The notes: a model not told the origin generated them from the letters alone. Positions 1 to 9,179 are shown, numbered from the stretch's first letter. The stretch is DNA of 64,000 nucleotides from Acidimicrobiales bacterium (GCA_035525225.1 DATLFA010000012.1:7818-71817); one strand, 5' to 3'. Numbers and translations: made by a program.

Positions 1-564
1 GAACAGCACCATTCGCTTGAGCCAGATGTTGCGCAGGTAGTACGCGCCGGCGCCCAGCATCGACCACTCGAGCCGATGCACGAGCCGGCGCGTGGTGCTG
101 AGTGCCGCGTAGTCAGCCGGCGTGACCGGATGCCAGACGAAGTCCATGCCCTGCTTGGTGGTGTGCCGGTGATGGATGTGGTTGTGACCGAGCTTCCAAG
201 CATCGAAGAGGTGCAGCGAGGGCAGCATCAGCATGCGGCCGATCACGCCGTTGAGCCGGCGATTGGCGAAGAGCGCGCCGTGCGCGGCGTCGTGGCCGAG
301 CACGAACAACCCCGCGATGGAGAACCCGGTGAGCAGCCACAGCAACCCGACGAGCCACCAGGCGTGCGCGAAATACAGCGCCACGATCGCCACCAGGTAG
401 ATGGCGAGGTCGCGGAGGACGAGGCCCACACCGCGGGCTGTCGGCTGCTCGTAGCACGTGTCGGGAATGGCGTCGATGACCTCGATCAGCGACCCGGGCA
501 TGCGCGGATCGTCGGCGTCATCGCGCACTGGCTCTCGAGTGCGAACTACACCTTCGATGGTCAC
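1..564 (-). CDS. fatty acid desaturase family protein (N-terminal part; gene runs off the left window edge)
   Basis: Not in the ORF track because no stop lies in the window. My own minus-strand translation from GTG 564..562 (AAGGAG at 574..569) is open to position 1: VTIEGVVRTREPV...LGHDAAHGALF...WKLGHNHIHHRHTTKQG...WSMLGAGAYYLRNIWLKRMVLF. His boxes HDAAH and HNHIHH are typical of membrane di-iron desaturases. Confidence 0.75.
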   Translation of the reverse strand, partial: MTIEGVVRTREPVRDDADDPRMPGSLIEVIDAIPDTCYEQPTARGVGLVLRDLAIYLVAIVALYFAHAWWLVGLLWLLTGFSIAGLFVLGHDAAHGALFANRRLNGVIGRMLMLPSLHLFDAWKLGHNHIHHRHTTKQGMDFVWHPVTPADYAALSTTRRLVHRLEWSMLGAGAYYLRNIWLKRMVLF

Positions 565-657
565 AGGGCTCCTTGGAATGCGGCGCTCTCGTGTGCCGCC
601 GCGTTCGTTAGTGGGGTCTCGGAATCTGGCGTCGTTCGTGGACGAGCCGGCGAGAGT

Positions 658-858
658 TCAGACAGGGCGGACGTTGACGGCCTCTTGACCTTTGCGGCCT
701 TGACCGATCTCGAATTCGACCGCTTGACCCTCTGTGAGCGACCGGAAGCCGCTCCCGGTGATGTTGGAAAAGTGGACGAACACATCGTCACCGTCGGAGC
801 GGGAGATGAAGCCGTAGCCCTTCTCGTTGTTGAAGAACTTGACGGTACCTGTGGGCAT
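658..858 (-). CDS. cold-shock protein (CspA family, CSD fold)
   Basis: Track ORF 658..915. The internal ATG at 858 gives the 66-aa protein [31 protein letters not shown]..., carrying the RNP1-like KGYGFI and RNP2-like VFVHF motifs. AGGAAAG lies just upstream. Confidence 0.93.
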   Translation of the reverse strand: MPTGTVKFFNNEKGYGFISRSDGDDVFVHFSNITGSGFRSLTEGQAVEFEIGQGRKGQEAVNVRPV

Positions 859-897
859 TGCAGCTTTCCTTTGCTGTACTGGCGCCGGAAAGCTGCA
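859..897 (-). promoter_or_regulatory. 5-prime-UTR hairpin occluding the csp ribosome-binding site
   Basis: Perfect 11-nt inverted repeat: TGCAGCTTTCC (897..887) and GGAAAGCTGCA (869..859) on the minus strand, with a 17-nt loop. The 3-prime arm contains the GGAAAG Shine-Dalgarno and abuts the ATG at 858. Confidence 0.5.
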
Positions 898-1085
898 CGG
901 TTTGCACTCGCTCACGTGGGGAACTGAGTGCGAACCGGCTGCTCCGCGAACGCCGTGTCAGGTTACCGCGAGGGCCCGGGTGAAGCGGTGCCGCCGAGAA
1001 CTTTTTGCCCGTCCCCACCGGGGGCCTGGGCCCGACGACCCACTTGGCCGACGGGTCGACGGGACGCCCCTGACCGTCATGGTGG

Positions 1086-2516
1086 TCAGCGATCTTGGCG
1101 CCAGTCGCTACCGGTCTCGACGCCCGCGACGTCGGCCGGCGTCAAGACCGTGAGGTCCTCGTCGGTCGGCGACCCGATGGCGACGACACGCGCGGCGTGA
1201 CGGGCGATCGCAGCCTCGAACAGGTTGCGGGCCTCGCGCCCGTTGCCGAAGCCCTTGACGCGCGGCACTGCGTCGATCCACGCGTGGACCGCGGTGGCGG
1301 TGGTCTCGGCGAGTGTGTAGCCGGCGCGGGCGGCGGTCAGTTGAAAGATCGTGACGAGCTCGTCGGTCGTGTAGTCGGGGAACACGATGGTCTTCGGAAA
1401 TCGAGAGGCGAGCCCGGGGTTCGAGCCGACGAGTTGCGCCATCTCGTCCGGGTAGCCGGCCATGATGCAGACCATCCGATTGCGCCGGTCCTCGACGAGC
1501 TTGACGACGGTGTCGACGGCCTCTTGGCCGAAGTCGCGTTCGCCGCCCCGAGCGAGCGAGTACGCCTCGTCGATCAACAAGACGCCCTGATCGGCCTGGT
1601 CGAACACCGACTGCACCTTGGTCGCGGTCTGCCCGACGTAGCTGGCCACGAGGCCCGAGCGGTCGGTCTCGACGAGATGACCCTTGGCGACGACCCCGAG
1701 CGTGCGGTAGATCTGCGCCAGCAATCGCGCAACGGTGGTCTTGCCCGTGCCCGGGTTGCCGACGAAGACGAGGTGGCGACTGGCAGCGGTCGTCTTGAGT
1801 CCTCGCTCCTTGCGCATCTTCTGCACCTGCAGCAGCGCGGTCACCAACTTGACCTCGTGTTTGACTTCGCGCATGCCGACGAGCGCATCGAGCTCGGCCA
1901 AGACCTCGTCGAGCGGACGCACCGCCGGCTCGGGCGGAATGAGCGTGCCGTCGGGGGTGCGTCCCCCGGCGTCGGTGCCGGGCATCGCCGCGCCCGCCGA
2001 CGTGTTGCGCACGCCCGCCTGGTTCATGGTCGCCAGCAGCGTCGTGCGATAGCGTTCGATCGTCGAGAGCTCGACCTCCGACGTGTACTCGTCGATCGAC
2101 ACCGTCGTGAAGAGAATGCGAATTGCGAAGTCGTAATAGACATACGAGTGACGCGTGCCGCCCGCTCGATCCGCGAAGACGATCTCGGAGAACAACGGCG
2201 AGGCGGCGTCGAGAAACGAACGCTTGCCCGCGACGAGACCCGCACTGCGCACGTCACGCGGCGTGATGTCGCGTCGCGCGAGGTCGGGGAACGAGCGCGA
2301 TAGCGCCACGACATACGCGTGCAACTCGCTGTCGGACTGTGCCCCGTCGCAGTCGATGACGCCGGCCGCCAGGTTGAGCGCGTCGCGCGCGAGGTCGGCG
2401 CGAAGTTGTGCGATCGGCCGGCCGAGTGGATCAGGGCCGAGCGAGGACAATGTGCGTGCGAGTTCGTCGACGAACTCGTCGATCACTTCCGCCAAGGCGT
2501 CGCCGGCTTCGTACAC
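1086..2516 (-). CDS. AAA+ ATPase (CbbX/SpoVK-type core) with unassigned N-terminal domain
   Basis: Track ORF of 476 aa with a GTG start. It has Walker A GNPGTGKTT and Walker B VLLIDEAY, followed by GGERDFGQEAVDTVVKLVED. The N-terminal ~215 aa have no motif I recognise. Confidence 0.85.
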   Translation of the reverse strand: MYEAGDALAEVIDEFVDELARTLSSLGPDPLGRPIAQLRADLARDALNLAAGVIDCDGAQSDSELHAYVVALSRSFPDLARRDITPRDVRSAGLVAGKRSFLDAASPLFSEIVFADRAGGTRHSYVYYDFAIRILFTTVSIDEYTSEVELSTIERYRTTLLATMNQAGVRNTSAGAAMPGTDAGGRTPDGTLIPPEPAVRPLDEVLAELDALVGMREVKHEVKLVTALLQVQKMRKERGLKTTAASRHLVFVGNPGTGKTTVARLLAQIYRTLGVVAKGHLVETDRSGLVASYVGQTATKVQSVFDQADQGVLLIDEAYSLARGGERDFGQEAVDTVVKLVEDRRNRMVCIMAGYPDEMAQLVGSNPGLASRFPKTIVFPDYTTDELVTIFQLTAARAGYTLAETTATAVHAWIDAVPRVKGFGNGREARNLFEAAIARHAARVVAIGSPTDEDLTVLTPADVAGVETGSDWRQDR

Positions 2517-2582
2517 GGCGTCGATCGTACCGGCGGGCGTGCGGCGGGCGAAGTGGCCGAGCGCTGACGGCGGGCGCGCGAT

Positions 2583-2613
2583 AAATTCTATGACGTCATA
2601 CGAAATTCGTCAT
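2583..2613. promoter_or_regulatory. candidate operator/promoter in AT-richer divergent intergenic region
   Basis: Perfect 12-nt palindrome TATGACGTCATA (2589..2600), flanked by repeated AAATTC (2583..2588 and 2603..2608). TAGAAT reads on the minus strand at 2590..2585. It lies between the divergent starts at 2516 and 2636. Confidence 0.3.
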
Positions 2614-2635
2614 TGCAAATGGAAGAGGCCCGCCC

Positions 2636-3772
2636 ATGAAGCTCGACTTGCTCTACGAGATCGACGCGCCGATGCCTTGGGATGAGGGTCCTCATCCGTA
2701 CGGGCAACGCATGCGAGAGCAGCGGGCTTACAAAGAGTGCATCGAACAGGTGAAGCTGGCCGACAACTACGGCTTCAACACGTGCTGGTTCGTCGAGCAT
2801 CACTTTCGCGCCGGTCGTTCGCATTGCCCCGCACCAGAGGTCGTCATCGGTGCGTTGACCCAAGCCACCAAGAACATCCGCCTCGGTTTCGGCGTCACAC
2901 TGTTGCCGTATGGCTTCACCCACCCCATCCGTGTCGCAGAAAAGGTGGCGGCTGCCGACGTGTTGAGTGGGGGGCGTGTCGAATGGGGTACGGGGCGTTC
3001 GACTCCTATGGAGCAGACCGCGTTCCATGTCGATCGTGTCAAGTCACGCGACGAGTGGAAAGAAGCGATCAGCATCATCGTCGAGGCGTGGAAGCAGGAG
3101 CGCTTCAGTTGGGACTCGCCGACGTTCCAGTTTCCCGAGCGCGTCGTCACCCCCAAGCCGTTCCAAGACCCGCACCCGCCGGCGTGGATGGCGGCGACGT
3201 CGGCCGACTCCTGCGAGATCGCCGGGTCGCTCGGTCTCGGCCTTCTGTCGTTCTCGATCATGCAGCCTCTCGAAGTGATGGCCGAACAAGTGGCCCGCTA
3301 TCGCAAGGCGCAGCTGACGGCCAAGCCGATCACCGACGTGACGACCAACAAGGTGGCGGCCTACACACTCGTCCACTGTGCCGAGACCAAGCAACAAGCG
3401 ATCGACAACGGCGTCTGGAAGTCGGTTGGTTGGTGGTACCAGAACCTCGCACAGTTCACGTTGGATTGGGAGTTCCCCAACCTCTCGCCCGAGGAGCGCG
3501 ATGCGACGTTCCCGTTGCTCAATCCGTTGATGGAGGGCAATGTGCCGATCGATCACTTCGACAAGGCCGACATGATCGTCGTCGGTGATCCCGACGAATG
3601 CCTCACCAAGATGAAGCACTATGCCGACCTCGGTGTCGATCAGTTGATCTGTTACGTGCAGTTCGGTTATCACAGCAACGAGTCGGTGCTGAAGACCATC
3701 GAGTTGCTCGGCAAAGAGGTCATCCCCGAACTCGAGAAGTACAAGCCGAAGAAGTCGCAGTACACGGCCTGA
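2636..3772 (+). CDS. LLM-class (luciferase-like) flavin-dependent oxidoreductase
   Basis: Track ORF of 378 aa, MKLDLLYEID...NTCWFVEHHF...RLGFGVTLLP, which fits the luciferase-like monooxygenase pattern. GGAAGAGG lies upstream of the ATG. Confidence 0.85.
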   Translation: MKLDLLYEIDAPMPWDEGPHPYGQRMREQRAYKECIEQVKLADNYGFNTCWFVEHHFRAGRSHCPAPEVVIGALTQATKNIRLGFGVTLLPYGFTHPIRVAEKVAAADVLSGGRVEWGTGRSTPMEQTAFHVDRVKSRDEWKEAISIIVEAWKQERFSWDSPTFQFPERVVTPKPFQDPHPPAWMAATSADSCEIAGSLGLGLLSFSIMQPLEVMAEQVARYRKAQLTAKPITDVTTNKVAAYTLVHCAETKQQAIDNGVWKSVGWWYQNLAQFTLDWEFPNLSPEERDATFPLLNPLMEGNVPIDHFDKADMIVVGDPDECLTKMKHYADLGVDQLICYVQFGYHSNESVLKTIELLGKEVIPELEKYKPKKSQYTA

Positions 3773-3773
3773 C

Positions 3774-4619
3774 CTAACGGTCCGGCCCGGTTTCCGCGGG
3801 GCGCGTTCCGTCGGCTCCCCACTGCGACCACGACCCCGGGTACAACGCGAGGCGATCACCGAACCCGGCGATGGTGAGCGCGAGCAGATCGTGGCACGCA
3901 GTCACTCCCGACCCGCAATAGGCCACGATCGTGCGCGCGTCCGATGCGCCGAGGTCGTCGAAGCGAGCACGTAGCTCGCCGCCAGTACGTATTCGGCCGG
4001 TGCCGGCATCGATGTTGCCGGCCCACGGCGCATTGCGTGCTCCCGGAATGTGACCCGGCCGTGGGTCGATCGCCGGGTCACCGTTTGCGAAGCGCGACGC
4101 GGTACGGGCGTCGAGAACCAAGGCGTCGTCTCGTGCCCGCAATGAGTCGACCACCTCCGCGTCGACGATGCGATCCGCCGGCCACGGGCGCGCGGTGAAC
4201 GGCGGGGACGCGGGCTCGGGTGCGACGTCGTCGGTGTCGAGCGCACCGGTCCACGCGTCGATGCCACCGTCGAGCACGGCGACGTCGTGACCATGTATGT
4301 GCAACATCCACCACAGCCGCGCCGCGATCGACCCGCCTGCGTCGTCGTAGACCACCACTGGTGTCGCATCGCCGATGCCGAGGCGCGACATCGCGGCGGC
4401 GAACGCCTGCGGTGAAGGCAGGGGATGGCGGCCGGACTTCGGGCCGGCCGGCCCGGAGAGTTCGCGGTCGAGCTGGACCCAGACCGCGCCGGGGATGTGG
4501 CCGCCCAGGTACGCCGCGTGCCCTGACCGTCCGTCGAGATACCAGCGCGAATCGACGACCCGCACCGCCGGCCGGTGCGACTCGAGCCACGCTGCCGAGA
4601 CGAGCGGGCCGAGAGCCAT
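3774..4619 (-). CDS. sulfurtransferase, tandem rhodanese domains (3-mercaptopyruvate sulfurtransferase type)
   Basis: 281 aa from the internal ATG at 4619 of track ORF 3774..5501 (MALGPLVSAAWLESH...). The active-site loop CGSGVTAC matches the CG[ST]GVTA type of 3-MST. The ATG overlaps the stop of the upstream MFS gene (ATGA). Confidence 0.85.
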   Translation of the reverse strand: MALGPLVSAAWLESHRPAVRVVDSRWYLDGRSGHAAYLGGHIPGAVWVQLDRELSGPAGPKSGRHPLPSPQAFAAAMSRLGIGDATPVVVYDDAGGSIAARLWWMLHIHGHDVAVLDGGIDAWTGALDTDDVAPEPASPPFTARPWPADRIVDAEVVDSLRARDDALVLDARTASRFANGDPAIDPRPGHIPGARNAPWAGNIDAGTGRIRTGGELRARFDDLGASDARTIVAYCGSGVTACHDLLALTIAGFGDRLALYPGSWSQWGADGTRPAETGPDR

Positions 4620-6181
4620 CAGTGGGCAGCGGCCAGCGGTATCGCGCCGGGTTCGTCGTCGGCGGCCATGCTGACCCCCGCCCGTTCGCGCAACGGGTAC
4701 TCGGGCAGGAAGAACTGGGCCACGAACGTGATGAGGCACAACGGTATGCCCAGCAGGAAGACGACGTGCAGCGCGTTCGTGAAGCTCTGGATCACTCCGT
4801 CGCGCAACGCGACGTCGGCGATCGTCTGGATCTCCGACGGTCGCTGCCGCAACGTCGCGGCGGTCAAACCCGAGTTGGGGGCCAAGGTCTCGAGGTTCTT
4901 GTCGAGCTGAGAGATGAACACGGTGCTGAACAGTGCGATGCCGAGCGTGTTGCCCAACGAGCGGAAGAAGTTGGTCGCCGAAGTCGCGATGCCGAGGTCC
5001 TCGTGGTCCACCCGGTTCTGCACGCCGATGAGGGCCACGATGAAGGTCATGCCGCTGCCGACACCGAACATGAACATCCAGGTGCCGGTGGTGAAGCGAC
5101 TGGTGTCCCGGTCCATCGCGGAGAGCAGGCCCATGGCGAGCGCGGCGAGCGCGGCGCCCACGATCGGGAACTTCCGGTAGCGGCCGGTCCGCGTGATGAT
5201 GCGGCCGGTGATGCTCGAGCCGAGCACCATGCCGATTGTTGCCGGCACGCTGAGCAGGCCGGCATCGGTCGCGCGCTGGCCGGTCACCACCTGCAGGAAC
5301 AGCGGCGTGAAGAGAATGACGCCGAAGAGCGCGGCGCCGATGAAGAGCTGCGCGCCACACGTCACCGCCACGATCCTCTCGCGGAACAGGCGCAGGGGAA
5401 GCACTGGTTCCGGCGCCCGTACCTCTTGGGCGAGGAACAGGGGCAGCGATACGGCGAAGATCGCGCCGACGCCGAGTGTGCGCGCGCTCGTCCATCCCCA
5501 CTCGGCGCCCATCTGCAATACGAGCAGAAGCGTGATCACCCAGACCGACAGAAGGATCGAGCCGAGGTAGTCGATGGAGTGTTCACGCCGGGTGAACGGC
5601 AGCCGCAGCGTCAATGCCGACAGCCCGAGGGCGGCGAACCCGAGAGGGAAGTTGATGTAGAAGATCCAGCGCCAGCTGTAGTGATCGATGATGAATCCGC
5701 CGACGAGCGGGCCGATGACCATCGCGCCCGTGAACATGGCCATCATGTAGCCCTGGTAGCGACCGCGCTCACGGGGCGACATGACATCGCCCATGATCGT
5801 CATGGTGAGCGTGAAGATGCCGCCCGCGCCCACACCTTGGACGGCGCGTGCCCATATCAGCATCGTCATCGAATTCGCCAGCGCGCAGAACAGCGATCCG
5901 ATCATGAAGACGACGATCGCCGCGTCGTAGAAGTGCCGACGCCCGAAGATGTCGGACAACTTGCCCCACAACATGGTCGTCGTGGTGCTGGTGAGCGTGA
6001 ACGCGATGAAGATCCAGCTGACGCGATTGAGCCCACCGAGGTCGGCGGCGATGGTGGGGTAGGCCGTCGCGACGATCGTGCTCTCGATCGATGCGGTCAT
6101 CTGCGCCAGCAGCAGGCCGGTGAGCAGTACCAACATGCGCTTGCGGGTGAACCCGGCGCTGCTGAGTGTGCTCACCTTCAT
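4619..6181 (-). CDS. MFS transporter, DHA2 (EmrB/QacA-like, 14-TMS) family
   Basis: Track ORF of 520 aa, strongly hydrophobic, with MFS motif A GKLSDIFGRR. Its start overlaps the stop of the upstream paralogue (ATGA at 6181). Confidence 0.9.
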   Translation of the reverse strand: MKVSTLSSAGFTRKRMLVLLTGLLLAQMTASIESTIVATAYPTIAADLGGLNRVSWIFIAFTLTSTTTTMLWGKLSDIFGRRHFYDAAIVVFMIGSLFCALANSMTMLIWARAVQGVGAGGIFTLTMTIMGDVMSPRERGRYQGYMMAMFTGAMVIGPLVGGFIIDHYSWRWIFYINFPLGFAALGLSALTLRLPFTRREHSIDYLGSILLSVWVITLLLVLQMGAEWGWTSARTLGVGAIFAVSLPLFLAQEVRAPEPVLPLRLFRERIVAVTCGAQLFIGAALFGVILFTPLFLQVVTGQRATDAGLLSVPATIGMVLGSSITGRIITRTGRYRKFPIVGAALAALAMGLLSAMDRDTSRFTTGTWMFMFGVGSGMTFIVALIGVQNRVDHEDLGIATSATNFFRSLGNTLGIALFSTVFISQLDKNLETLAPNSGLTAATLRQRPSEIQTIADVALRDGVIQSFTNALHVVFLLGIPLCLITFVAQFFLPEYPLRERAGVSMAADDEPGAIPLAAAH

Positions 6182-7740
6182 CAGGCGTGCACCCCGACGG
6201 GCGTGGCTTCGACCGGGTCATCTACGTCTTGGACCGGGTCGTCGTCGGCGATGGGAGTGAAGTTGCTGCGTAGCGGGAACTCGGGCACGCGCCACGCGAG
6301 GATGAATGCGATGACGCATGCGGGGATCCCGGCGAGGAACACGACGTGCAAACTACGCGAGAAGCTCTCGACGATGCCGATGCGTACCGCGTCGGGCATT
6401 TCGAGGATCTGCCGGGGGCTGTCGCGCAAGGAGGCGCTGTCGACGAGTGAACCGTCGGGCACGAGCCTCGGCAGCCAGTGGTCGAGTCGTCCGACGAGAA
6501 TTGCGCTGTAGACGGCGGAGCCGGCCGTCTGCCCGAGGCCGCGGAAGAAGCCCGTCGCCGACGTCGCGACGCCGAGGTCTTCGTGGCGCACGCGGTTTTG
6601 CACTGCGACGGTGATGGTCTGCATCGTGTTGCCAATTCCCATACCGAAGACGAACATGTAGATGGCGGGCAACGTGCGTCCCGTGTTCGTTCCCATTGTC
6701 GCCAATGCGATCGCGGCGGCGACCATCATCCCCGTGCCGACGATCGGGTAGATGCGGTACTTGCCGGTGGTGCTGATGCGCCGGCCGCTGATGACCGATG
6801 TGAGTAACATGCCGATGATGAGAGGCACGGTCAATAGGCCAGACTCCGTGGCGTTGGCGCCCCCGACGATCTGCAGGAACAACGGCGCCATGATGCTCAC
6901 GCTCGTCAGCACTGTGCCCACGACGAAATGCGTCGTGACGACGATGGCGAACAGTCGCTCGCGGAAGAGGTGCAGCGGCAAGATGGGCTCGTCGGCGCGC
7001 GATTCGACCCACAGGAACGTGACGAAGCCGACGACGAAGCTGCCGAGCGCGATGAGCATCTTGGGCGACGCCCACCCGTCCTTCTCTCCGAACGTGAGAT
7101 ACAGCATGATCGCCGTGACCCAGATCGTCATGGTGAGCGCGCCGAGGTAATCGATGCGATGCGCTCGCCGGGCGAACGGGAGCCGCAGGGTGAAGAACGA
7201 CATCGCGAGGGAGATTGCGCCGAAGGGAGGCATCAAGAAGAAGATCCAGCGCCAGCTGTAGTGATCGACGATGAGGCCCCCGACGAGCGGCCCGAGCACC
7301 GTCGCCACTGCGAAGGCGCCCGCCATGTAGCCGATGTACTTGCCGCGATCGCGCGGCGCCAAGATGTCGCCCATGATCGTCATGGTGAGCGTGAACAGCC
7401 CACCGGCGCCGGCGCCTTGTATGGCGCGGCCGACGATCAACGTGGTCATCGAGTTCGCGACACCGCAGACAATGGATCCGCAGATGAAGATGATGATCGA
7501 CAACTGGTAGAGCCGCTGGCGCCCGAAGAGATCGGACAGCTTGCCCCACAGGGTCGTAGAGACGGTCTGCGTCAACAGGTATGCGACGAAGATCCACACG
7601 GTGAGATCGAAGCGATGGAGGTCGGCGACGATGAACGGCCGTGCCGTCGCGACGATGGTGCCTTCGACGCCGGCCATGATGTTCGACAGCACCAAGCCGT
7701 AGAGGATGAGGCGGATGCGGTTGTGCGACAGCGTGATCAT
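6181..7740 (-). CDS. MFS transporter, DHA2 family (tandem paralogue)
   Basis: Track ORF of 519 aa with motif GKLSDLFGRQ. It is collinear with and similar to the 4619..6181 product. Confidence 0.9.
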   Translation of the reverse strand: MITLSHNRIRLILYGLVLSNIMAGVEGTIVATARPFIVADLHRFDLTVWIFVAYLLTQTVSTTLWGKLSDLFGRQRLYQLSIIIFICGSIVCGVANSMTTLIVGRAIQGAGAGGLFTLTMTIMGDILAPRDRGKYIGYMAGAFAVATVLGPLVGGLIVDHYSWRWIFFLMPPFGAISLAMSFFTLRLPFARRAHRIDYLGALTMTIWVTAIMLYLTFGEKDGWASPKMLIALGSFVVGFVTFLWVESRADEPILPLHLFRERLFAIVVTTHFVVGTVLTSVSIMAPLFLQIVGGANATESGLLTVPLIIGMLLTSVISGRRISTTGKYRIYPIVGTGMMVAAAIALATMGTNTGRTLPAIYMFVFGMGIGNTMQTITVAVQNRVRHEDLGVATSATGFFRGLGQTAGSAVYSAILVGRLDHWLPRLVPDGSLVDSASLRDSPRQILEMPDAVRIGIVESFSRSLHVVFLAGIPACVIAFILAWRVPEFPLRSNFTPIADDDPVQDVDDPVEATPVGVHA

Positions 7741-7809
7741 GAACGTCGACTGGAGGGCGCGCGCTGCTCGGGATTCGTGTCGACACCCTCCCCGATCATC
7801 GCCGAAAGT

Positions 7810-7830
7810 TTAGTTGTACCAAGCAAGTAA
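7810..7830. promoter_or_regulatory. candidate MarR operator (imperfect inverted repeat)
   Basis: TTAGTTG-N7-CAAGTAA (one mismatch) sits in the 111-nt divergent intergenic region between the MFS start at 7740 and the MarR start at 7852. Confidence 0.3.
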
Positions 7831-7851
7831 TGGCCAGTAGCATGGGTCACA

Positions 7852-8331
7852 GTGCCGGTCGAAGAAGCTTCCGCCCCCGCCCCCGAGCCCGTGGGCCAGA
7901 TCGAGCAGGCGCTCGGTGCGCTGCTGCGATTGACCCGCGCGCCGCGCTTCGCCGAGACGGTGCGCCAACGCGCCGGCGCCGAGGTCGACCGCGCCGGGTA
8001 CGCGGTGTTGGTGCGAGTCGCGGAGTTGGGTCCGGTTCGCCTGTCGGAGTTGGCGCAGTATCTCGGCCTCGACGTGTCGACGGTGAGCCGTCAGGTACAA
8101 CAACTCGAACAGCGTGGTCTCGTCGATCGCAGTCCCGATCCCCTCGACGGCCGGGCGGCCTTGCTCGAGCTGTCGGTTCCCGGTCGCGAAATCATGCAGA
8201 AGATGCGCGACGGGTGGTGCGAGACCGTTGCCGATGTCGTCAAGACGTGGAAGCCCGGCGACATCGAGCGCTTCGGCATTCTCATGGACCGATTCGTCTC
8301 CGACGTCGTCAAGTACCTCGACACGAATTGA
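7852..8331 (+). CDS. MarR family transcriptional regulator
   Basis: Track ORF of 159 aa with a GTG start. The winged-HTH segment LSELAQYLGLDVSTVSRQVQQLEQRGLVDR...DGRAALLELS is present. It is divergent from the MFS pair. Confidence 0.88.
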   Translation: MPVEEASAPAPEPVGQIEQALGALLRLTRAPRFAETVRQRAGAEVDRAGYAVLVRVAELGPVRLSELAQYLGLDVSTVSRQVQQLEQRGLVDRSPDPLDGRAALLELSVPGREIMQKMRDGWCETVADVVKTWKPGDIERFGILMDRFVSDVVKYLDTN

Positions 8332-8360
8332 CGGGTGCCGACCACGCGGGGTGATCGGTC

Positions 8361-9179
8361 TCACTTCAGGCGTGAAAAGAACAGCCGGTCCGCGTTCGCG
8401 TAGAGATACTTGTCGAGCACACCGTCGCGAAGGTCGAGATCCCACGCTTCGGTGATCGTTCGTTGCATGGTCAACGCGGGGTGATCAGAGGCCCAGATGA
8501 TCTTGTCCTGACCGCGGGTATTCATGAAGTGCATCAGCTCGGCCGGTAGGCGCTTGGGCGAATACGCGGACGTCATCAGGTGAAGGTTCTTGTACTTGAT
8601 CATCAGCCGTATGGCGACACCCCACCACGGGTCGGCGCCGTGGGCCATGCAGAGCTTCAGTTCGGGGAAGCGAAAGCACACGAGATCGAGGTGCATCGGG
8701 TCTTGGCAGGCACCCGGCACGGGCGGGCCGGGTAGCCCGGTGTTGATCGACAGCGCGAGGTCGAGCTCGATGCACTTGACGTACAGCGGGTAGTACGACG
8801 CGTCGCTCGGCGCGACCTGGATCCCGAAGGGCACGACCCGCGCGAGCGCGCACGGGTAGTTGCGCGTCATCGACTCGAGGCGGCGAATCTCGTTCATGAA
8901 GCCGAGTGGATTGACGCTGACGGAGAGCGCGAACCGGTCGGGGAATCGATCGACGAAGTCGAAGGGGCGCGGATTGCTGTCGTCGCCGCCGGTCGAGATG
9001 ATCGCCTTCTCGACGCCGTGCTCGTCCATGATCTCGATCATTTCCTCGGGGGTGAAGCTGCGGAAGAAGTCCGACCCGCCGTGCAGGTAGTCCTCTTTGA
9101 CGCGCACGAGATAGTCGGGCGGCTTGATGTCACCCATCGTCACGTTGACCCAGCAGTCGATCGACCTCGGCCGTTGCAT
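8361..9179 (-). CDS. amidohydrolase family protein (amidohydrolase-2 type)
   Basis: Track ORF of 272 aa; ...KLCMAHGADPWWG...IIWASDHPAL... matches metal-dependent TIM-barrel hydrolases/decarboxylases. Confidence 0.8.
   Translation of the reverse strand: MQRPRSIDCWVNVTMGDIKPPDYLVRVKEDYLHGGSDFFRSFTPEEMIEIMDEHGVEKAIISTGGDDSNPRPFDFVDRFPDRFALSVSVNPLGFMNEIRRLESMTRNYPCALARVVPFGIQVAPSDASYYPLYVKCIELDLALSINTGLPGPPVPGACQDPMHLDLVCFRFPELKLCMAHGADPWWGVAIRLMIKYKNLHLMTSAYSPKRLPAELMHFMNTRGQDKIIWASDHPALTMQRTITEAWDLDLRDGVLDKYLYANADRLFFSRLK

Noticed and set aside
76-927. 283-aa plus-strand ORF at the left edge.
   Set aside because: It is antisense to the desaturase (His boxes) and the cold-shock gene, and it has no motifs.
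960-1085. GC-rich hairpin GCCCAGGCCCCCGGTGGGGACGGGC with an adjacent T/A run downstream of the AAA+ gene, considered as an intrinsic terminator.
   Set aside because: On the minus-strand transcript the hairpin is followed by AAAAAG rather than a U-tract. On the plus strand the T-run precedes the stem. It is therefore not a canonical terminator in either direction.
3774-5501. Long N-terminal extensions of track ORFs: 3774..5501, 40809..42890, 40081..41373, 28815..30083, 25689..27434, 54655..56313, 56589..59174 and 59598..60971.
   Set aside because: The extensions run through neighbouring, well-supported genes and are low-complexity. In each case an internal ATG or GTG with an SD-like motif, or a 4-nt overlap with the upstream stop, gives a protein with a normal family N-terminus.
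4220-6511. 763-aa plus-strand ORF, the second-longest in the track.
   Set aside because: It lies antisense to the two well-supported MFS genes. Its translation is Arg/Ala/Pro/Gly/Asp low-complexity sequence with no motifs, which is typical of a stop-poor antisense frame in GC-rich DNA.
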